From Pseudogymnoascus verrucosus (taxonomy: Eukaryota), in the NCBI GenBank assembly GCA_001662655.1, contig KV460235.1: a DNA stretch of 64,000 bases. One strand, given 5' to 3'. This document shows, in pieces, positions 35,925 through 49,067 of the stretch. The position numbers and the translations under genes are program-made. Each line of letters opens with the position of its first letter. The stretch's first letter is position 1. Below the pieces are notes generated by a model that saw only the letters and a list, made by a program, of their open reading frames with translations, made no database searches and was not told where the DNA came from.

Positions 35925-36438
35925 ATTGGAGCGAGTAGCTGGCCTCATGCATGTTCCATGACAGCGCATTCATGCTCGAATCTGCATTAGTTATTTATCT
36001 CAAAAACAATTGTCAGCCCCGCGCGTTTTGATGAGCTACAATAAGTCGGCGGCACAAATTAATCAGCAGCAGCATCATTTACAAACTATAATTAAAGGTG
36101 AAATGCTCAATCACTCGAGGGTATTGTTGTCCTTATTTTAATTGTAGTCATAGAGAATAATCTAACGTAGTATGATATATTCGAATATATATTCCTGAAT
36201 AAAAAATCCCACATAAACACCCAAAACATTGGGATATTGAGAGATATTGAGAGATATTAAAGTCTGGCCACGAATATACTCTACAAATATTTAAAAAATA
36301 ACTTGCAACAATTCTTAGACCCAAGCACCGTTTCAACTGTTAGTCGAGCACACGATTCCTTCCTCCTTGCATAACCCACGCATGCCCGCAATAAAAGAGA
36401 AGCCAAAAAAAAAAAGCCAAAAAAATATATCAAGAAAT

Positions 36439-36534
36439 TGGAGAAACGGCGAATCGAACGCCGGACCTCTTCTATATTACCAGAGTACGAAACTCAAGTG
36501 CTAAAGAAGCATTATACCACTAAACCATATCCCC
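36439..36534 (-). tRNA. tRNA-Ala(AGC) with a 24-nt intron
   Basis: GGGGATATGGTTTAGTGGTATAATG-CTTCT-TTAGCA-[intron]-T-AGAAG-AGGTC-CGGCG-TTCGATT-CGCCG-TTTCTCCA. G3:U70 alanine determinant present; oligo-T terminator at ~36406-36425. Confidence 0.95.
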
Positions 36535-36798
36535 TTTTGATTGATGTAACGTAAGGCCGTGTTATGCCATATAAACCTATTTAAAATTGCAAACAAATTT
36601 TTTCCTCCGACACCCACGTTCCACCCCACCAAAACCTCCGATCCGGCCGGGGAAACGGCGACCGACCTCCCCCCCTCTGAAGACCCCGCTGACCCAAACG
36701 AATCGACCCCACCAAAATTAACTGACAGCACCATAAGTAAGTAAGTAAGTAATCAAGGAAGCATCCCACAACCTCCCACCACCAACGACGTCGACACA

Positions 36799-38628
36799 AT
36801 GGAACACGATACAAAAACCCGTACGCCCCTCCTCACCTCCCTCTCGCCTGGCCATACTGACAGAAGGCAAAGCGCAATACCTCACCTCGGACCGGAGCTC
36901 CTTCGCTTTCACGTCCGCGCGATCGCGATGGCCTGTCATCTTGGTAACTACACCCCATCCCACCCCAGGTGTCAGACCCTGCATATGAGCAAGAAATAAA
37001 TACTGACAGTGAGTGACGCATCAGACCGGAGCGATAGACGATGTGCACCGCGCCGTCAGCGCGCTGGAGCTGTCGCAAACGGACAAGCGGGAGGAGGGGA
37101 AGCGGATCGTGGAGGCGGTTGGGGCCCTGAAGTATGAGGTTCTGCACGATCGGGCGATGACGTAAGTTCTTTTCTCCTGCTTCTTGCGTGTTGGTTGTCG
37201 AGGGTTGTTCTAGTTGCGGGAGGAAGGGGAAGGGGACGGGAGGGGTATTGGATAAAATTACAGGGACATTGGGATGAAATACAGGGACTAATGGATAATA
37301 GGCCGCTGGAGGACGATGGAGGCAGCGATATCGAGGAATATAACAGGGAACTAGCGGCGTTGGGGGAGACGACGTGGTTGCACGCCCCGTGGCTGTTTTC
37401 GGAATGCTATCTCTACCGGTACGTCATGGACATCTACATACTCAATTCTACCGGATTTGGATAAGGGAGGTAATATGGGAGTGGAGGAAGGAGAGCGGCA
37501 TGAGCAGGAGGGTCCAGAACCCGGACACATAGGACGAAACACTGACTGACACCGCACAGCCGCATCGCAACCCACTTCGCGCGCTCCACGCACTGGAAAC
37601 AACATGACGTCTTCGCCCGGCAAAAGATCTCGACCTTCCGGTCCTCTCGCCCCGCCGTACTCGAGCTAGCGACGCGCTACAACGCCATCCTCAGCGACCT
37701 CGCGCGCACCACGCCCTCCGCCGAGGCGGCCTCGCTCGTCTTCACCGAGATCGCCGAGATCAGCCTGTGGGGCAACGCGACGGACCTGTCGCTGCTGACG
37801 TCGCTCTCCTACGCCGACATCCAGAAGCTGCAGGGCTCCGAGGCGCGCAAGGCCGCCGAGAAGCACATCCTCATCAACGACCTGCACGCCGCCTACGATG
37901 TGCTCCTCAAAGCGCAGGCAGCGGGCGGCGAGCGCACGGTCGACATCATCCTCGACAACGCGGGCTTCGAGCTGTTCGCCGACCTGCTGCTGGCCGGGTA
38001 CCTTCTTGCGACGGGCCTCGCGACAAGCGTGACGCTGCACCCGAAATCCATCCCCTGGTTTGTCTCCGACGTCGTGCCTGCCGACTTCGCGGCCCTGCTC
38101 TCGGCGCTGCACGACCCGCGCGCCTTCTTCGAGACGGCCTCCGAGGAGGAGGAGCGCGAAGGCACCAAGCCCGCGCCGCTGGCGGACGACGAGGTGGCGG
38201 CACTCGAGGCGCTGTTCGCGCACTGGAGCGGGCTGCACGCCGAGGGCGCGCTGCGCATGCGTCCCAACGCCTTCTGGACGGCTGGGGGCAGTTTCTGGCG
38301 CCTCCCGACGAGCGCGCCGCGGCTGTATGAGGACCTGAGGGAGAGCACGCTCGTGGTGTTCAAGGGGGATTTGAATTATCGCAAGCTTGTTGCGGATGCG
38401 GCGTGGGCGCCTACGACGGCGTTTGCGGAGGCGCTGGGGCCGATGGGGAAGGCGTCGGGGGTTGATCTGCTGTCGCTGCGGACGTGCAAGGCGGATGTGG
38501 TCGTTGGGTTGCCGGAGGGGAAGGATGAGGAGTTGCGAGCTGAGCAGGGCGAGGGTGAGGGCAGACGGTGGGCGTGGAGTGGGAAGTGGGCTGTGGTGAG
38601 TTTTTCGGGGGGAAAGAAGGGGGAGTGA
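36799..38628 (+). CDS. DUF89/ARMT1-like damage-control phosphatase (YMR027W-like), multi-exon
   Basis: RWPVIL, TWLHAPWLFSECYLYR, SLWGNATDLSLL, IILDNAGFELFADL, KSIPWFVSDV, FKGDLNYRKL and LRTCKADVVVG. Confidence 0.94.
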
Positions 38629-41600
38629 TTGAGTGAGAGTATGCTGCTATTTTCGAGATAGAGATAGAGAGAGAGAGAGAGAGGGAGAAGGCGGAAGCCG
38701 AACGAGCGAGGCCATCAAGGTCGTCGTCGATCGTCGATATCGTTGAGCGCGTGGCTGGGCTGGCTGGCCACAGATAATCCAAACCCCTATTGCCTACCAC
38801 TACCTACAAGGACCGTGACACACTCTTACCGAGTCAGAAACACCTGACCGCAACGGGACGAAACACGAGCGTGATAGGCCGACCTGGGGTGTCCCCAGCT
38901 TTCACATGCCCATCTCCGACGCGAACGTCGGGCTCCACGCAGTAGTAATATACCTCTCCCTTCGTAGAGCAGCGCCAACCCCCTCAGCCGTCACCTGTCG
39001 CCGGCCCTCAGCGCTCGGCGATCCGAGTCCGGGGGAGATTGCGATAGGCGGGTCGTGGTATGGGGGAGATTGCGATGGGCGGTTGGTCCCTCGATGGGCG
39101 GCGGTGTCAGCGCGGACTTTGGCTTGGAGGGATCGGGGATCGCCAATACACACCTACACCCGCCGTCGAGACTTGCAGAAGGGTGAAGGTTGTGTGTGGT
39201 GGGTGGTGGGTGGTGGGGATTGTAGATGAAGGAGGGGGTTTATAAATAGATGGTGTTGGGTTGGGGGGGAGGTAGATGGGGATGCGATTGGGACGGCGGT
39301 GGGCGGGTAGGCAGGATGCATGTGAGTGCGGGCGTTCCTGGAGGAGTGGAGTGGAGGAGGAGAGAGGGACTAGAACAGGAAGGGAGGGTGCATAACGGTT
39401 GTTGTTGTTGATGTTGTATGTAGTGATTTTGTTGTTGGTGATCGGCGAGACGATGATGATGGATACTCGTAGTACTTGCTGTACCTGTTTCCCCTCTTCC
39501 CTGCTTTCCGCGGCCAAGACAGTCGGGATTGCTTGGAAAGAGATAGGAAGTAATCTGAGTCTGTTTCGGTGTAATTTGCATAATCAATGCTGTGAGGATG
39601 ATTGGTGGAAGGAGGCGGGTATGGAGGACGGAAGTACTATTGGAGTCTGTGGGGAGTCTATGGGGAGTCTATTGGGGTTTACTTGGTACAAGACTCGAAC
39701 ACAAGTAGGTGTCCTATTGGTGTGTTTTCCGAGTATCCGCAGGCATACTGTGCTACTACTACCCCATATGTAGTAGTAGGCTGGGGGTTATTCGGCGAAG
39801 GATTGAGGGGGTCCTAAACCGGCTAGGAGTGCAGGGCGGGCGGGCAGATGCAAGTGCAGGTGTCGTCGGTTGGGCCGAGGGTAAGGAAGGTAGTAAGGGG
39901 GGTAGGGTAGTAGAAGGCAGTACTAAACAAGAAAATAAGCATGTGAAATGGCGAGAGGGATACCTCTACTTTAATAGGTACTAGTAAACATGCTTTAGAT
40001 GTTTAGAGTGTGCTACGGTGGCTGGGCGGTAGTCGATCTGATCTTCCGGTATGAGCAGTGTCATGTACGAGGTATGACCAGTATTATGACCAGTATTAGG
40101 CATGAGTGGTGATGTATACATGCAGGAGACGACTGTACCAGCGATGTTTGTGTAGCATATCAGTTCCTATTCATAGCGTGGCAAACCATCGACTGCATAC
40201 CAGATATTAGTCGTACTGTAGCAGACTCGACATAGTGATACTTTGAGCGATCGCCACTGCACTGCCACCACTGTAAGTACAGGACTGTACCTGCTTTTAT
40301 GCCGTTGTGTCCCTATTTATGTATTTCCTAGTTATAGTAGTTGTTACTGTATACAGTATGTCTCCGCGTTCCAGAACTGTCCGTTCTAACAATGGACGCC
40401 TGCCATCGCATCGCATCGCATCGCAAATCACCGAGCCTCGCCCGGTCTGTCGCCCTAATAGGCCAGCAAACATGTGATCCCTCATTTCGCAAAAGTGCGA
40501 AACCGTGCTAGTCTGGTGTTAACTCTGTTTATTCTGTTGCTCGGCGTGTGCTAAGCATATGAACTACTGCCTAAGTAATCTCCCCCGGCTTGAGCGGCTG
40601 GACTAGACACACCACCAACCGCCAACATACAAGCGAGGTACTTCCTGCAGCCACCTATTTGCCACATATTCCCGCACACATGCCAAGTACCTTTTTGCCA
40701 CCCCGCCCCCCCGTTCTTTGATTTTCCCCATTGAATTCCGCCGCCGCCGTCATTATTTTCCCCATCCCCTCCAGCTCTCCCCAGCTTGTTTTCCTGTTGT
40801 TGCCACTTTTTACTTAGGGGTATCCTTAACCCTAGTACATACTGTATGCTAGTACGCTATGGTACAGGTATAGTACACTACTCTCCGCGTTCGGTAAGTA
40901 GATTAGTGTGTGAGGTATGTTAGACGCTGCGAACGGCCATGACGATTCCTATCGTCACTACGTACTGAGTGTGAGGAGTAGAGAGAGTAATACTCATATT
41001 CCAGTATTCTAGAATGGCTAGCAGTATAACCGGTATAGCACCAGTATAACCTATATAGCAAGTAGGACCTAATTACCTACCATGGGTATACTAGCTATTA
41101 ATGTTTAACGGCGTCATCGTCACCCTCACCCTCACCCTCACTCCCTATCCTCGCTCGTTCCTTGGATACTGCTCATGGAAGAAGGCTCTCTACGTCATGT
41201 CGTTGTATCCGTTGCTGTGTATCAATTCTTCCATATTTCTTCCACGTTTCTCCTCTACTCACTCCATCGAGTCCGTCCCTGATTTCTCCTGATTCCCCTG
41301 CCGTCAGTCTCCTGTCAGTCTCCTGTCAGTCTCCTGTCAGCGGCTGTCAACACACGGTAAATCTCCCAGCAGCAACAGTGGCATCGGCCCTGGTCTAACC
41401 ATGACAATGACAATCCTCCCTCCATACACACTGCTCGCTCGCACAGTGATTAGTTCACAACGTAAGATTGCCTCTGGAGATTCCGAGATTGCCTTCGCCC
41501 TTTCTTGTTTACATCCCCTGCGCCTTCCCCTGTGCCACCCCCTGTCCCCCGCTGCGCCGCCAAGGATTAACTTTCAGCACTGATCCAACCAGTTCCACTG

Positions 41601-42188
41601 TACCGCCTACTAGTACAAACTGTGTTGGACCAGTGTACCCCTCCCTGAAAGCTAATCTTGTGATACTTCATGCCGTACCACCATAACCACCAATCGTCAT
41701 GTATCTTTCCTCTAATTCCCTTCTCCAGCTACTTAGCAGATGTCAGGTCTGACATTGACATTGACATTATTGACATCGCTAAACGGGGAACTTTCCCCTT
41801 CTCCTCCTCCCCCCCTCCATCTCTACCCCTGTCTACCTCTCTAGTTCCCCACACCACTGCTACTACCACATACTACTACCACATACTACTACCACCACTA
41901 CCACCATCTCCCCCCGGACATCCCCCATCTCCACCCCCGGCCTTCTCACAACTCCTCCTTCCTATCCATCTCCCCCAGTCCCTCCCTTCTACCCCCCCCC
42001 CCCAAGATGTCCCCACCCGCCTCACATATATAGTCCAGCCACTCGCCGCCTCCTCTTTCTTTTCCTTTTCCTCTTCTCTCACCCACTCCAGCTTCAACTC
42101 ATCTATCAAGCCTGTACAACACAAGAGTCACTCGTTGCTCATTACACACTCGTTAACTTGCGATAATCAATTCAATCAATCAATCAAG

Positions 42189-42924
42189 ATGAAGTACTCC
42201 CTTACCTTCGCCGCTGTGGCCCTCATCGCCGCCGTCGCCGCCCAGGATGACACCCACGGCATCCCAGCCTGCGCCGTACGTTCCAACCTTCCACGTCTTC
42301 TTTCACCACCGAGAGTCACAATCCGGTCTAGTAAGGGCACTAGCTAACCCACATCCCACCCTGCAGGTCCAGTGCATCCTCGACGCCACCACCAAGGCCA
42401 CCACCTGCGGTGAGAAGGAGTTCTCCTGCCAGTGCACCGCCGAAAACCAGGCCAAGATCACCAGCGCCGCCATCGGCTGCGTCCAGGACGCTTGCCAGCC
42501 AGCTGACCAGATCGCAACCCTGAGCGCCACCAAGGCCCTCTGCGCCAACCCCCCCGCCGATGAGGGTACCGGTGCATCTTCTTCCGAGGCCCCAGTGACC
42601 CCATCCTCCACCGAGGCCCCAGTTACCCCATCCTCCACCGAGGCCCCAGTTGCTCCATCCTCCACCGAGGCCGCGCCTGAGCCAACCACCACTGAGTCCC
42701 CCACTGGAGGAGCCGTAGGTGAACCCGAGACAGTGTACGTGACGGTCTGCTCATCTACCCAGGTCCCCGGCGGCGCTGCCCCTACCGGCGGAAACCCAGG
42801 AAACGGAACTGGTACCACCCCCACTGGCCCGGCCACCCCATCTTTCACCACCGGCGCCGGTGCCAAGCTCTCGGCCGGTCTCGGATCCGTCGCCGTTTTC
42901 GCCCTTGCTGCTCTCGCCTTGTAA
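42189..42924 (+). CDS. CFEM-domain GPI-anchored cell-surface protein (intron ~42276-42366)
   Basis: Signal peptide, 8-Cys CFEM domain (IPACA-VQC...C...CQC...GCV..AC...LC), Ser/Thr/Pro stalk and hydrophobic GPI tail GAGAKLSAGLGSVAVFALAALAL. Confidence 0.93.
42580..42672 (+). repeat. 27-bp coding tandem repeat (SSTEAPVTP), about 3.5 copies
   Basis: Read directly in the CFEM stalk. Confidence 0.9.
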
Positions 42925-44526
42925 GCGGTCTATCCTCGCGGAGGGTTTTAATTTCGGAAGGAGGGATGTTGTAATTACACTTTTTTAAGGAAGTTGGCTG
43001 TGGTGTGTTAGGAGAAGGTGACGGGTATATATATGTGGGGATGAATTGAGATGAGTTGGTAAAAACGTTGGTTTACTTATATTGTGATTGTCGTGAACTG
43101 GATTGATAATTAATACGTTATAATGACCACACCACAGTTTATTTAATGTCGGTGTGCCATGGTTTGAACTTCTCACTTTTTGAAACATGGTAACTTGGGA
43201 AGATTTGTTGTCCTCATTCAGGACAGAAGCCGTTCCGAACCGGCTTGTAAAACAAAAGTGGACGACTTCGAACCACCAAGTCATCATTCTTCAGTTCAAC
43301 AACAGCCTCACCCAACTACTACAGTACGACCAACACCTATCCAACTTCGGAACTCAAGCAGCTCCCAACCAAATCAATCTCTATTCCCGAACAACACATC
43401 CCATCGACCCCGTGATCCCCACCCATCAACATATTCCTCCAGCCCGACCTCACCTCACCTCATCCCACCCCTATCCACAATATCCGCGTGCGTCTCCTAC
43501 AGTCCTTGGCCGGCCCTGACTAGAACAGCGAGGCCAAGAGGTTTATATAACTTTGGACAAGCTTGGGTTAGAGGTGTGGGGGGGGGGTTCTCATTGAGCC
43601 ATCTATTCCCACCTCGCTCAACCTATATCATCGCCCCTCGCAGTCCCTTCACTCCAAAGGTTTTTAAACTTCCCAATCTCACCACCCACACACCGAACCT
43701 CACAGCCTCTAAACTTCCCAATCCCATCCCCCACCGATCCACAACCCGTGTCAAGCCTGACAAACACCGCCCCCATCGTCATCCCTTTTGACATACATCC
43801 CCGCCCAAACCACCGTTCCCGAAACAGCGGGGTACAGCATCAAGACAACCACTTACCCACCCGCCGCATCGCAGCCGCCGTTTAGCCACCGTCATGTCTC
43901 TGGCGCGCGCGGGTGCGGGGGCGGGGCCGTGTGTTTCGAGGATGGACGGTATCGGTGGTTTTTGTCTCACCTGCGGGTTTTGCGATGGCGGGGTGTGTCT
44001 TGGGGGTTTGCGATGGGTGCGGGATGGGAATCGAGCGTGCGTGTCTTTGGTGTTTGTGAGACATGAGCCGTTCGTTGCTGGGTTCTTGTCTTGATGATGA
44101 CGGGCTGGGGGGATTAGTGATGGCAGGTTCATTCGCACGCATCGGGAAGCGGTAGCGGCGGCGGTCGCAAAAGATTTCGTGGTCTAGACATTAAATTCCT
44201 AAATTGTTTTTGCATAGATGCAGAGGTATTACTACCATATAGTAGTATACTAGTGTAGATAGATATATATCGCTTTACCTGAGATGTGCTTGGGGTATTA
44301 TATGCCAGCCTTTATCATCCAATTCCAAATTCCAAATTCCCAAAGCATTCCTTCCTTCGTCGCCCATTCCAATTCGTAAACCAAAATAAGAAAAATATCG
44401 CGCGCGCGTCCTCACCCTTGCAGACTGATAGTACCACACAGTGTACCTCTCCTCTGCTCACCCATGCTTTTCTTCCTCTACTTGCTCAACCCAAACACAC
44501 CGACGGCACCATACAAGTACGTCCCC

Positions 44527-47500
44527 TCATCCATCCTCCTCCTCTAACCCCACCCTCCCATCCCCCCGACTCAGACCCTCCAACAGCCTTCCAATCAACC
44601 GGAAACTCACCGGCTTCGTCAAAAAATCATCAAACCCGCACCTCTCCGCCTCATCCCTATCCCTCTTACTCGCCAACCCCGTCAGCGCTACGATACGCGC
44701 CCTATTCCCCCCATGCTCCGCACGCTCCGCCTCCATCACGCGGATCGCGCGCGTCGCCGCGAAGCCATCCATGCCCGGCATGCTGATATCCATGAAGACG
44801 ACGTCGAAGGGGTCCACGGCGGCACGCACGGCCGTCACGGCTTCGAGACCGTCGCGCGCGGTGATGACGATGTCGCTGGGTCGCTTGGATAGATAGCGCG
44901 TTAGCAGGAGCAGGTTGAGCGCGTTGTCGTCGACGGCTAGGATGCGGAGGGGGCGCGTCGGTACGGGTAGCGATAGCGACGCGAGGGTGAGCGGCGGCGT
45001 GCTCAATAGTGTCCGTGGGTGACATGCCGATGTGCCGTTCGTAGTGGGCGCTGGCACCAGAGCTTCCTCTTGCCGGTTTTCGGGAGTGGGGGTCGGTGGC
45101 CCGGCGGACCAGCCGAGTGAATGCTGCGTCACCGTTTCGTCGCTGGGAAAGCGGACGGGGTGTGGATTGGCGGCTTCGTCCTCGAGGGCGGCGCGGCGGG
45201 CGGGGTCGTGGAAGAGAGAGAGAATGGCGACAGCGAGCTTGAATGGGCCGGTGGGAAGGGACAGCGTCTCCGAAAGGGGAGAATCCATGTGCGTGCGTCG
45301 TGTTGATGGACGGTCGATGCGCTCCTGCAGGTTGAGGACGCGGGATGTACAGGGTGGGAGGGGGGCGTCATCCGGGCCGAAGGGAGAACACTCTCTGATG
45401 ACGAAGTCTGCCTTGGCGAGGGTGGCGGCATTGGGATCTGCCATCAGCGTGAACCCGAACCAGGACTTGCAGTACCCTGCTACCGTCTTCCAAGCGAGCG
45501 AGTCGTCGCGGGTGCCGGCTGTATGAGCGGGCGCGCGCCAGATCGCGACGGATTTGCCTGGCGCGAGGGCACGCACAGCCTCGACTGCCGCGGCAGCTTC
45601 ACGGTCTGGTGCATCGTGGCGGTGCGCGTGCGTAGAGCTCATCTCAGTTGAGGTGATCTCGGTATCGGCGAGGGCGAGGGGGAGCAAGACTTCGACATCT
45701 GTGCCTTTGCCGAGCTCGGACCGGATGTTTATCTTGCCGCCGAGCTGGGCGATGATGTTGCGCGTGATGGACAGGCCCAGACCGACTCCCGGGATGAAGG
45801 GGTCTTCCTGTGCAAAGGGTGTGTACAGCTTGCGCTCCATGTATTGCTTTGACATCCCACGGCCAGAGTCAATAACGTTAAGGGCGAGGATCTTCTGTCC
45901 TATCCTCGACGTCGGGTCGGATTGTCGTCCGTCGGTTTGTTTGACGCGAAGCTGAATGAGGATGAATCCAGTGTTGGTAAATTTCATGGCGTTGCTGACA
46001 GTGTTCATGATTATACGGCGTAGAGCTCCAGGGATGATCTTAAACATCCAGTCTCTGTCCTCGAAGTCGAGAATGATTTCGACTGGGTGAGCATATGGTG
46101 CATCGTGTGGGGAATCGGGGTCCGCTGTAGTATCCTCATTGCCAACGCCAGTGTAGCCGCGAGTAGCGATCAATCCATCCACGACACGCTCACAGAGGAG
46201 GGCAACATTGGCCGAAAGATCCAACTCATTTGAGAATGAACCGGACGAGTCCTTCTTCTGGAATGAGTTGATCTTACTATAGTCCAAGACATGATTGATC
46301 GTATCCAGCAGCGCGGACCCGCATGTGCGTATCGATGCCACTAACTGATCCTGTGTTTGATCAAGGTCGGAGTCGTGCAAGAATTCCGCACTGGCAAGGA
46401 TACCGTGAAGAGGGCTGCGGAACTCGTGAGATATGCTGCTGATGAAGTCTGACTTGACGTTGTTGGCCATGATGGAGTCTAAGCGACTAATCTCAACCAT
46501 TACAGAGTTCGACAGAGCAGATATATATGCCAACTCAGAATCGACAGTGAAGACAGGAAAAGAATTATTGCTCCAGACAAAACACCCGGAATGCCAGCGA
46601 TCTGGGGCAATTAGCGACGTTACGAGGGAAGGAGAGGTCACTTACTTCCGCTTGCGTCCCACAACGGCAAGAAAATGATTTGACGAGCGCCCTGAAAAAC
46701 TTTTGATAAGATGGCAGCCTCGGCCGCTTGCCTCGTAGAATCGGCGCCTATATTATAAATCGACCTCTTCCCCTCCATCGGGGTGGTTCTTTGGGGGCTA
46801 ACAATGGTGTCGTCTTGGTCGAGAGAGGAAAAATATCCCTTCTCGTCTATATACCATATGTTTCCCTTTGGATACATATCAATGAAATCCTGGAGTGTCT
46901 TCCCATCTAGTGCTCTCGATCTCCGATACGCATGTTTGGAGCAGGACAACGCTGGCACTCGAACTGGCCGATACTCGTCGTAGAACCCTCGGACCTGGCC
47001 AGAGGGTATCGTAGACTTCGGGTCAATTCCCGTCATCGTCAAGTCGTTCTCGGGGGTCAAATCATTCTCAAGCTCAACGCCCCCAATCCCAGATGTTACG
47101 CTGTCGAGGTCAGGCTGAATAGGATCAAAATAGTCTGTGCTAGACTTGGGTTCGCTGGGCCCGATAGCCGTGTCGAGGAAAACAACCCCGCCGGCAGTCA
47201 ATTCGAGAGACTCTCGGAGTACATAGGCTGCATGATCCAACGCCTTTTTTATTTTATCCAGCACAATTTCCGAAGCCCCCTTTTTTTTAGGCCATCCGTC
47301 TATGTCGGTATCGCCGGAGGTTGATGTCTGACTGGTGATGTTTGTCGATTCCATGCTCGAGCGCTGAGCTTCACTTTCCCCAAAGCTATTCGAGGACAAC
47401 GGAAACTCCGGATTCGAGTCCGTATCTGCATCTCCAAGCCACGTCGTCCGCTCCAAAAATTTGGCCACGCCCGTGCTCATCAAGGCGACGCGGCGCCTCT

Positions 47501-48447
47501 CTGCTGCCTCCCTCTTACTTTGAAGGTGCTTCATTACATTTCCCGCCGTCTCAAACAAGCCTGATATTTGTGTTAGAGTGTGGCACAGAACTGAAAAGTT
47601 GTGTCTTACATTTCCTTTCTCGCACAGTAAGACCATTTGGCCGTGACTCGTTGTCAAACACGAACAAGGACCCTATATTGACCCCGTGAGCCGTGGTAAT
47701 AGGGGTCCCCGCGTAGTACTTGTAGGAGGCAATTGCCCCATTGACAACGGGCTGGTGTTCATAGCGCGGGTGCGTATGAAGACCTGATACTTCAAAGCAC
47801 GGATATTCCCCTTTAGTCCCGTCCATTGCCATGACATTCTGGTGGCAGGTTAGAAACGTCCACTCCACGTGACTAGGCTGATGACATACCTCGCAGAGAC
47901 CTCCAGGAGTCTCGATAGTGCAGCAGCCAAACCAGTCATTGCTAGTGGTAATCTCGTTCGAAGAGCTGTCAAGGCGGGTAACTCCAGCGACGAAGTACTC
48001 AGTGGTGTTGTCTATGAGCGAGACCATAGCCCGAGTGCCACGGAGTCGCCACAAGATCAGCTCGGCATATGCACCCAGCGCCCCGTCATCGAGGATGGAC
48101 TGGTTGATACCCTGGGCGCTGCCAGGCGTGGAGCCATCATCAAACGGCGCATAGAACCTATCGCGAAACAAACACCGTCAGCATAGATCGGGGGGGGGGC
48201 GGCGCGCGGACACGGCGGCAAACATCTTTGCGGCATCATTGCAGGTGCAGTTGGGCGTGATGCTTGGCGCGGGGAAGGGTACGTACTTCCTGAGCTCCTG
48301 CGCCCTCTGACTCTCGGACATAACAGCGTGCGCGGCACTCGGCCACGACTCCACGAAACTGCTTGATCGCGAGGGAGAGATAATCATACAGTGAGGACCC
48401 GGGGTGTTTTCGGGTGTGTTTTTGGGGTCTGCGTGCTGCGAAATCAT
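44527..48447 (-). CDS. Hybrid histidine kinase (GAF-like, HisKA, HATPase, REC), multi-exon
   Basis: ESQRAQELR, YYAGTPITTAHGVNIGSLFVFD, H-box ISHEFRSPLHGI, NAMKFT, DSGRGM, GVGLGLSI, GKGT, and receiver VDDNALN/FMDISMPGMDG/FLTKPV. Candidate ATGs at 48447, 48387 and 48321. Confidence 0.93.
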
Positions 48448-49067
48448 CGAGTCGTCGACAGTGATGAGATCAAGCGGATATACATCGGAGCCGGGAATAC
48501 TTTAGTGCGGCGTCGGGTATCGTTTGTATGGATATCGGGAACTGTAAAATGTAAAATACCACGAAGGCCCGTCTTCGTCGATAATATATAGGAGGAAATA
48601 GGAAGCAGACACGGTATTATGCATTACTTTGAGTCTATACTCTTCGCTACTGTCAATAAGAATATATAAGTGAAAAAATGGTCAATTGTGCAACAAAAAG
48701 TCTCTAAATAATATGACGACAACTCGATGCGAGCCCAAAAGGCAAAAGGCAAATGGGCAAAAGGGGCCAGACCGCAAAAGAATATGATTATATAGGCAGA
48801 TATTGGTGAAAGTGGCGTGGTTCAGGCAATATCCAGCTCATTTTCCCAGCTTCTGTCAGGGCCTGAACTATCTAGAACAACCTCTCAATCAATATATATC
48901 GCGCTACAACGCGCCAAGTGCGTTTAAGTATAGTCCTCCTATCACCTCCTGTCATATCTCCAGATTAGTCCGCTTTGCAAACCTCCTAATCCCTTCTAGT
49001 CTTTTCTATTGTTTTTTTTTATCGTCTACCTCATACTGCATCGACGACGATCTCGGCCTCCCCGCAT

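Noticed and set aside
40814..40834. TTAGGG/TAACCCTAG as telomere repeat or telomerase RNA template
   Set aside because: Single imperfect units, with no array and no full template.
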